Origin: Auritidibacter sp. Marseille-P8566
GTDB lineage: Bacteria; Actinomycetota; Actinomycetes; Actinomycetales; Microbacteriaceae
Length of the DNA stretch: 64,000 nt
Reading direction: 5' to 3'
NCBI GenBank assembly: GCA_945860535.1
Contig: CAMAQN010000001.1
Location: 55,236-119,235 of the forward strand
Shown here: piece after piece, positions 60,392-64,000 of the stretch
How the letters are laid out: the number at the start of each line of letters is the position of its first letter
Position numbering within the stretch: position 1 is the first letter of the stretch
Position numbers and translations under genes: made by a program
The notes under the pieces: generated by a model
Told to the model about the DNA's origin: nothing
The model's database searches: none
What the model saw: only the letters and a program-made list of their open reading frames with translations

Positions 60392-61291
60392 CTACCGCCG
60401 CGCGCGGGGGTGTGAAGACGCATAAACCTCTCGCAATGTATCAATTGTGACCAAGGTGTAAATCTGGGTTGTGGCCACCGATGCGTGCCCCAAGAGCTCC
60501 TGAACCACCCTGACGTCCGCTCCACCCTCAATCAAGTGCGTGGCAAAGGAGTGCCTGAGTGAATGCGGTGAGACAGACAAACCACAACCCACACCCGCTG
60601 ACTGGATAACCTCCCAAATGCTCTGGCGAGAAAGTCTGGAGCCGCGCTGGTTTAAAAACAGTGCTGGGCCACCAGCTTTGGCGCTAAGCAGCGGTCTGGA
60701 GCGAATCAAATAGGCATCTATTGCACGCTGCGCGAAGGATCCGACCGGAACCAAGCGCTCCTTTGAGCCCTTGCCTCGAATTCTCACCCAGCCGCCCTGC
60801 ACCATTTCATCAAGATCTAACTGTGCAACCTCGCTCACGCGACACCCGGAGGAATACATCAGCTCCAAAATTGCGCGGTTTCTAAGTCTTAGGACATCCG
60901 CGGTTTCGTTATCGGGTTCAGGTCCGGCTGCCGAAAGTAGCGCCATGACCTGCGACTGAGTGAGGGCCTTCGGCAAACGCTTTGGAAGCTTGGGGCTTTT
61001 AACCTGCTGGCTTGGGTCATCGGTGCGCAGGTTTTCCAATAGCAAATACTTTTGGTAACCACGAACTGCAGCCAGGATTCTCGCCGATGACGCTGCCCTT
61101 AGGTTTTGAGCGCTTAGCCACTGTAAGAAATCTGAAAGCTGAGACCGAGTGATGCTCAGTTCCGAAAAGCTGTTTTGATCCAAATAGTCTCGGTATTTAG
61201 CTAGGTCGGCCTTATACGCACTCAGGGTGTTCTTACTCAGACCCCGCTCAATTACGAGGTGCCGCAGGTAGGCGTCCAGCGGCGAGGTCAT
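60392..61291 (-). CDS. xerD: Tyrosine recombinase XerD
   Basis: RVSE, GKGSKER, HSLRHSFATH, LGH and TTQIY motifs; core position upstream of parA-scpAB. Confidence 0.93.
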   Translation of the reverse strand: MTSPLDAYLRHLVIERGLSKNTLSAYKADLAKYRDYLDQNSFSELSITRSQLSDFLQWLSAQNLRAASSARILAAVRGYQKYLLLENLRTDDPSQQVKSPKLPKRLPKALTQSQVMALLSAAGPEPDNETADVLRLRNRAILELMYSSGCRVSEVAQLDLDEMVQGGWVRIRGKGSKERLVPVGSFAQRAIDAYLIRSRPLLSAKAGGPALFLNQRGSRLSRQSIWEVIQSAGVGCGLSVSPHSLRHSFATHLIEGGADVRVVQELLGHASVATTQIYTLVTIDTLREVYASSHPRARR

Positions 61292-62956
61292 TTAGGACTC
61301 GTCAAATAGCTTTTGCTGCTTTTGACGCTCAAGGGCCGCCTGAACCAAACCATGGAACATTGGGTTTGGCTTGGTAGGGCGAGACTTAAACTCAGGGTGA
61401 GCCTGGGTCGAGACGTAGTAGGGGTGAACATCCCTTGGAAGCTCCACATACTCAACTAGTTGACCGTCTGAGCTGGTTCCGGAGAACACCAGTCCAGCGG
61501 CAGCGATCTGATCGCGGTAGTGGTTATTGACCTCGTAGCGATGGCGGTGGCGTTCGCTGGCGGTAAGAGATCCGTAGACCTTGGCGACCTGCGACCCCTC
61601 CTGCAACTTGGCCTCGTAGAGCCCAAGTCTCATAGTTCCGCCCATATCTCCCGCCGCAAGCACATCAATCTGCTCAGCCATGGTTGCAATCACCGGGTGC
61701 GGGGCACCAGGTTCAAACTCGCTCGATGTTGCACCCTCGATACCAGCAACGTTTCTGGCGTATTCGATGACCATGCACTGCAGCCCTAGGCACAGACCAA
61801 GCGTTGGGATCTGGTTTTCTCTTGCGAAGCGCAGTGCCCCCAGCTTGCCTTCAATGCCACGGATCCCAAAGCCGCCGGGAACACAAATTGCATCCAGGTC
61901 ACTCAGCTGCTCGCGAGCGCCGGCCGCAGACTCGCAGTCATCTGAGCGGATCCATCGGATATTCACCTTGGTGGATTCGGCAAACCCACCTGCACGGATT
62001 GCTTCGGTTACCGAAAGATATGCGTCTGGTAGGTCGATGTACTTACCAACCAAACCAATAGTCACCTCATGCCTAGGCTCGTGAACCGCAGCCAATACCG
62101 GCGACCAGTTAGACCAATCGACTTCGCCTGCGCTGAGCCCTAGCTTTCTAATGATGTAGCTATCAAGACCCTCGGAATTCAACACCTTTGGAATGTCATA
62201 GATGGACGAAGCATCAGCTGCAGTAACCACTGCCTCGCGGTCAACGTCACACATGTTGGCAATTTTGTTCTTGATGGAATCAGGCAACTCTCGGTCTGAG
62301 CGACAGACAATCGCATCAGGAGCAATTCCAAGCGAGCGAAGTTGCGCAACCGAGTGCTGGGTTGGCTTGGTCTTGAGTTCTCCAGATGGTTTTAGGAAAG
62401 GCACCAGGGTGACGTGGACAAAGAACACATTGTCTCGCCCAATATCTCTTCTGACCTGGCGGGCTGCCTCCATGAAGGGCTGTGACTCAATATCGCCAAC
62501 TGTCCCACCGATCTCGGTGATGATTACATCGGGAATTGGCTCTTGGTTTGCCTGCAGGCGCATTCTGCGCTTGATCTCGTCGGTGATGTGAGGAATCACC
62601 TGAACAGTGTCACCCAGATACTCACCGCGACGCTCTTTGGCAATGACATTTGAGTAGGCCTGACCGGTAGTCACGTTTGCCGCCGCGTTTAGGTTGATGT
62701 CCAAGAATCGCTCGTAGTGTCCGATATCTAAGTCGGTCTCAGCGCCATCATCGGTAACGAACACTTCGCCGTGCTGAAAAGGATTCATTGTGCCGGGGTC
62801 AACATTTAGATAGGGGTCAAGTTTTTGCATTACTACCCGCAATCCCCTTGCGGTCAATAGATTGCCCAGCGATGCCGCGGTCAAACCTTTGCCTAGTGAA
62901 GACGCAACGCCACCGGTTACGAAGATATGTGAGGGGATTCCAGAGCTTTGAGCCAT
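61292..62956 (-). CDS. pyrG: CTP synthase
   Basis: [28 protein letters not shown] and HPE motifs. Confidence 0.98.
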   Translation of the reverse strand: MAQSSGIPSHIFVTGGVASSLGKGLTAASLGNLLTARGLRVVMQKLDPYLNVDPGTMNPFQHGEVFVTDDGAETDLDIGHYERFLDINLNAAANVTTGQAYSNVIAKERRGEYLGDTVQVIPHITDEIKRRMRLQANQEPIPDVIITEIGGTVGDIESQPFMEAARQVRRDIGRDNVFFVHVTLVPFLKPSGELKTKPTQHSVAQLRSLGIAPDAIVCRSDRELPDSIKNKIANMCDVDREAVVTAADASSIYDIPKVLNSEGLDSYIIRKLGLSAGEVDWSNWSPVLAAVHEPRHEVTIGLVGKYIDLPDAYLSVTEAIRAGGFAESTKVNIRWIRSDDCESAAGAREQLSDLDAICVPGGFGIRGIEGKLGALRFARENQIPTLGLCLGLQCMVIEYARNVAGIEGATSSEFEPGAPHPVIATMAEQIDVLAAGDMGGTMRLGLYEAKLQEGSQVAKVYGSLTASERHRHRYEVNNHYRDQIAAAGLVFSGTSSDGQLVEYVELPRDVHPYYVSTQAHPEFKSRPTKPNPMFHGLVQAALERQKQQKLFDES

Positions 62957-63010
62957 GGAACTTCAATTTATCAGTTCCTAGAGCCCAAAAAGCTCCTGAC
63001 ACGAAAGTTG

Positions 63011-64000
63011 TTAGTGAGATTTCAAAAGTTCTGCCGCGTGTTGCAATGCAACCTCAGAATCTGGGTTGCCCGAAAGCATGCGCGCGAGCTCTCGCGTTCT
63101 GTCTTCTGGACCCAATAACTGAACCGAAGACTTAGTGATTTCCCCTGAAACTTCTTTTGCGACTTTGATCTGCTGATGCGCAAAGGCTGCAACCTGCGGC
63201 AAGTGGGTAACGACAATCACCTGAGTGTTTTCACTCAGTCTTCGAAGCCTTCTGCCGAGCTCAACGGCAGCTTGACCACCCACACCGGCATCGACCTCAT
63301 CGAAAATCATGGTCGGCATCGGGTGGTCTCCCGCTAGAACCAGCTCAATGGCCAGCATGATCCTCGAAAGTTCACCACCGGATGCCCCCTTGGCAAGCGG
63401 CCTTGGATCACTCCCGGCATTGGAAAGTAGAAATTCAATTCGATCTCGACCACTAGCCTCAAAATCCCCAAGCGGTGCAAGGTTTACGCTAAATCGACTT
63501 CCCTGCATTGCAAGATCATTGAGTTCGCCGGAAACCCGAGTCGTTAGGCGCGTGGCGGCATCCTGCCTAGCTTGGCTTAGTTTGGATGCATCAATTGAAA
63601 GCTGACTCAGGGTTGAGGCAAGTTGCAATTCCAAGCGCTCAACTTGCTCATCAGAACTATCCAGATCCAAAAGTTCAGACTGCCAGCCTGAAATCGCAGC
63701 GAGAACCTCTGCGAGCCCCATGCCGACTTTACGTTCCAGCTGAACCAAAGCCGCCTTGCGCATTTGCAGCTGCTCCAATTGAGCTGGATCTGCCTCTAAG
63801 TCAAGCAAAAATGAAGCTAGGTCAGCAGAAACATCCGAAGCTAATGCGTTTGCCTCCCTCAGGCGGGTTCCTAGCTCTCTTAGCTCGCTGTCACTGGATT
63901 GCTCAAGTGATCTTGATGCCAAACCCAACAGCTCAAGCGCAGCTGGCTCGGCTTCGGCTAAAGCATCGTGAGCCGTTGCAGCGTTTAGTCTTAGGGACTC
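63011..64000 (-). CDS. recN: DNA repair protein RecN, 3' part (5' end outside window)
   Basis: ASGGELSR signature, FDEVDAGVGG Walker B, VTHLPQVAA; frame open to the window edge. Confidence 0.96.
   Translation of the reverse strand, partial: ESLRLNAATAHDALAEAEPAALELLGLASRSLEQSSDSELRELGTRLREANALASDVSADLASFLLDLEADPAQLEQLQMRKAALVQLERKVGMGLAEVLAAISGWQSELLDLDSSDEQVERLELQLASTLSQLSIDASKLSQARQDAATRLTTRVSGELNDLAMQGSRFSVNLAPLGDFEASGRDRIEFLLSNAGSDPRPLAKGASGGELSRIMLAIELVLAGDHPMPTMIFDEVDAGVGGQAAVELGRRLRRLSENTQVIVVTHLPQVAAFAHQQIKVAKEVSGEITKSSVQLLGPEDRTRELARMLSGNPDSEVALQHAAELLKSH

Noticed and set aside
60392-61291. Tyrosine recombinase as a possible prophage or island integrase
   Set aside because: Sequence and position between pyrG and parA-scpAB match housekeeping XerD; no att sites or cargo.

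Overview
A 64 kb block of core chromosome from a streamlined actinobacterium. Gene order and protein sequences look like Microbacteriaceae, plausibly a freshwater Aquiluna/Rhodoluna-type organism (inference). It carries the cytochrome bcc-aa3 supercomplex genes (ctaE-qcrCAB and ctaCDF, converging on a tmRNA gene), hisD-nrdR-pyrD, dnaE, the whole dcw cluster (mraZ to divIVA/lspA), a class II DAHP synthase, pyruvate carboxylase, the garA-ftsR-merR locus, tRNA-Pro(GGG) and the recN-pyrG-xerD-parA-scpAB-aroH-tyrA-cmk-der operon. I found no mobile element, CRISPR array or defence system. The only clearly accessory gene is a secreted GLUG-type repeat protein next to tRNA-Pro. Features missing from the ORF track are: an L-lactate dehydrogenase pseudogene coupled to der, the mraW RNA hairpin, MraZ boxes, the 5' end of trpD, and a stack of FtsR-like, DnaA and GACAC (WhiA-type) sites upstream of the Rv1830-like regulator. 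Several compaction signatures recur: leaderless promoters, stop codons doubling as -10 hexamers, and convergent genes with interlocked stop codons. I see no convincing wholly new multi-gene system; the most promising leads are regulatory sites and the surface protein.
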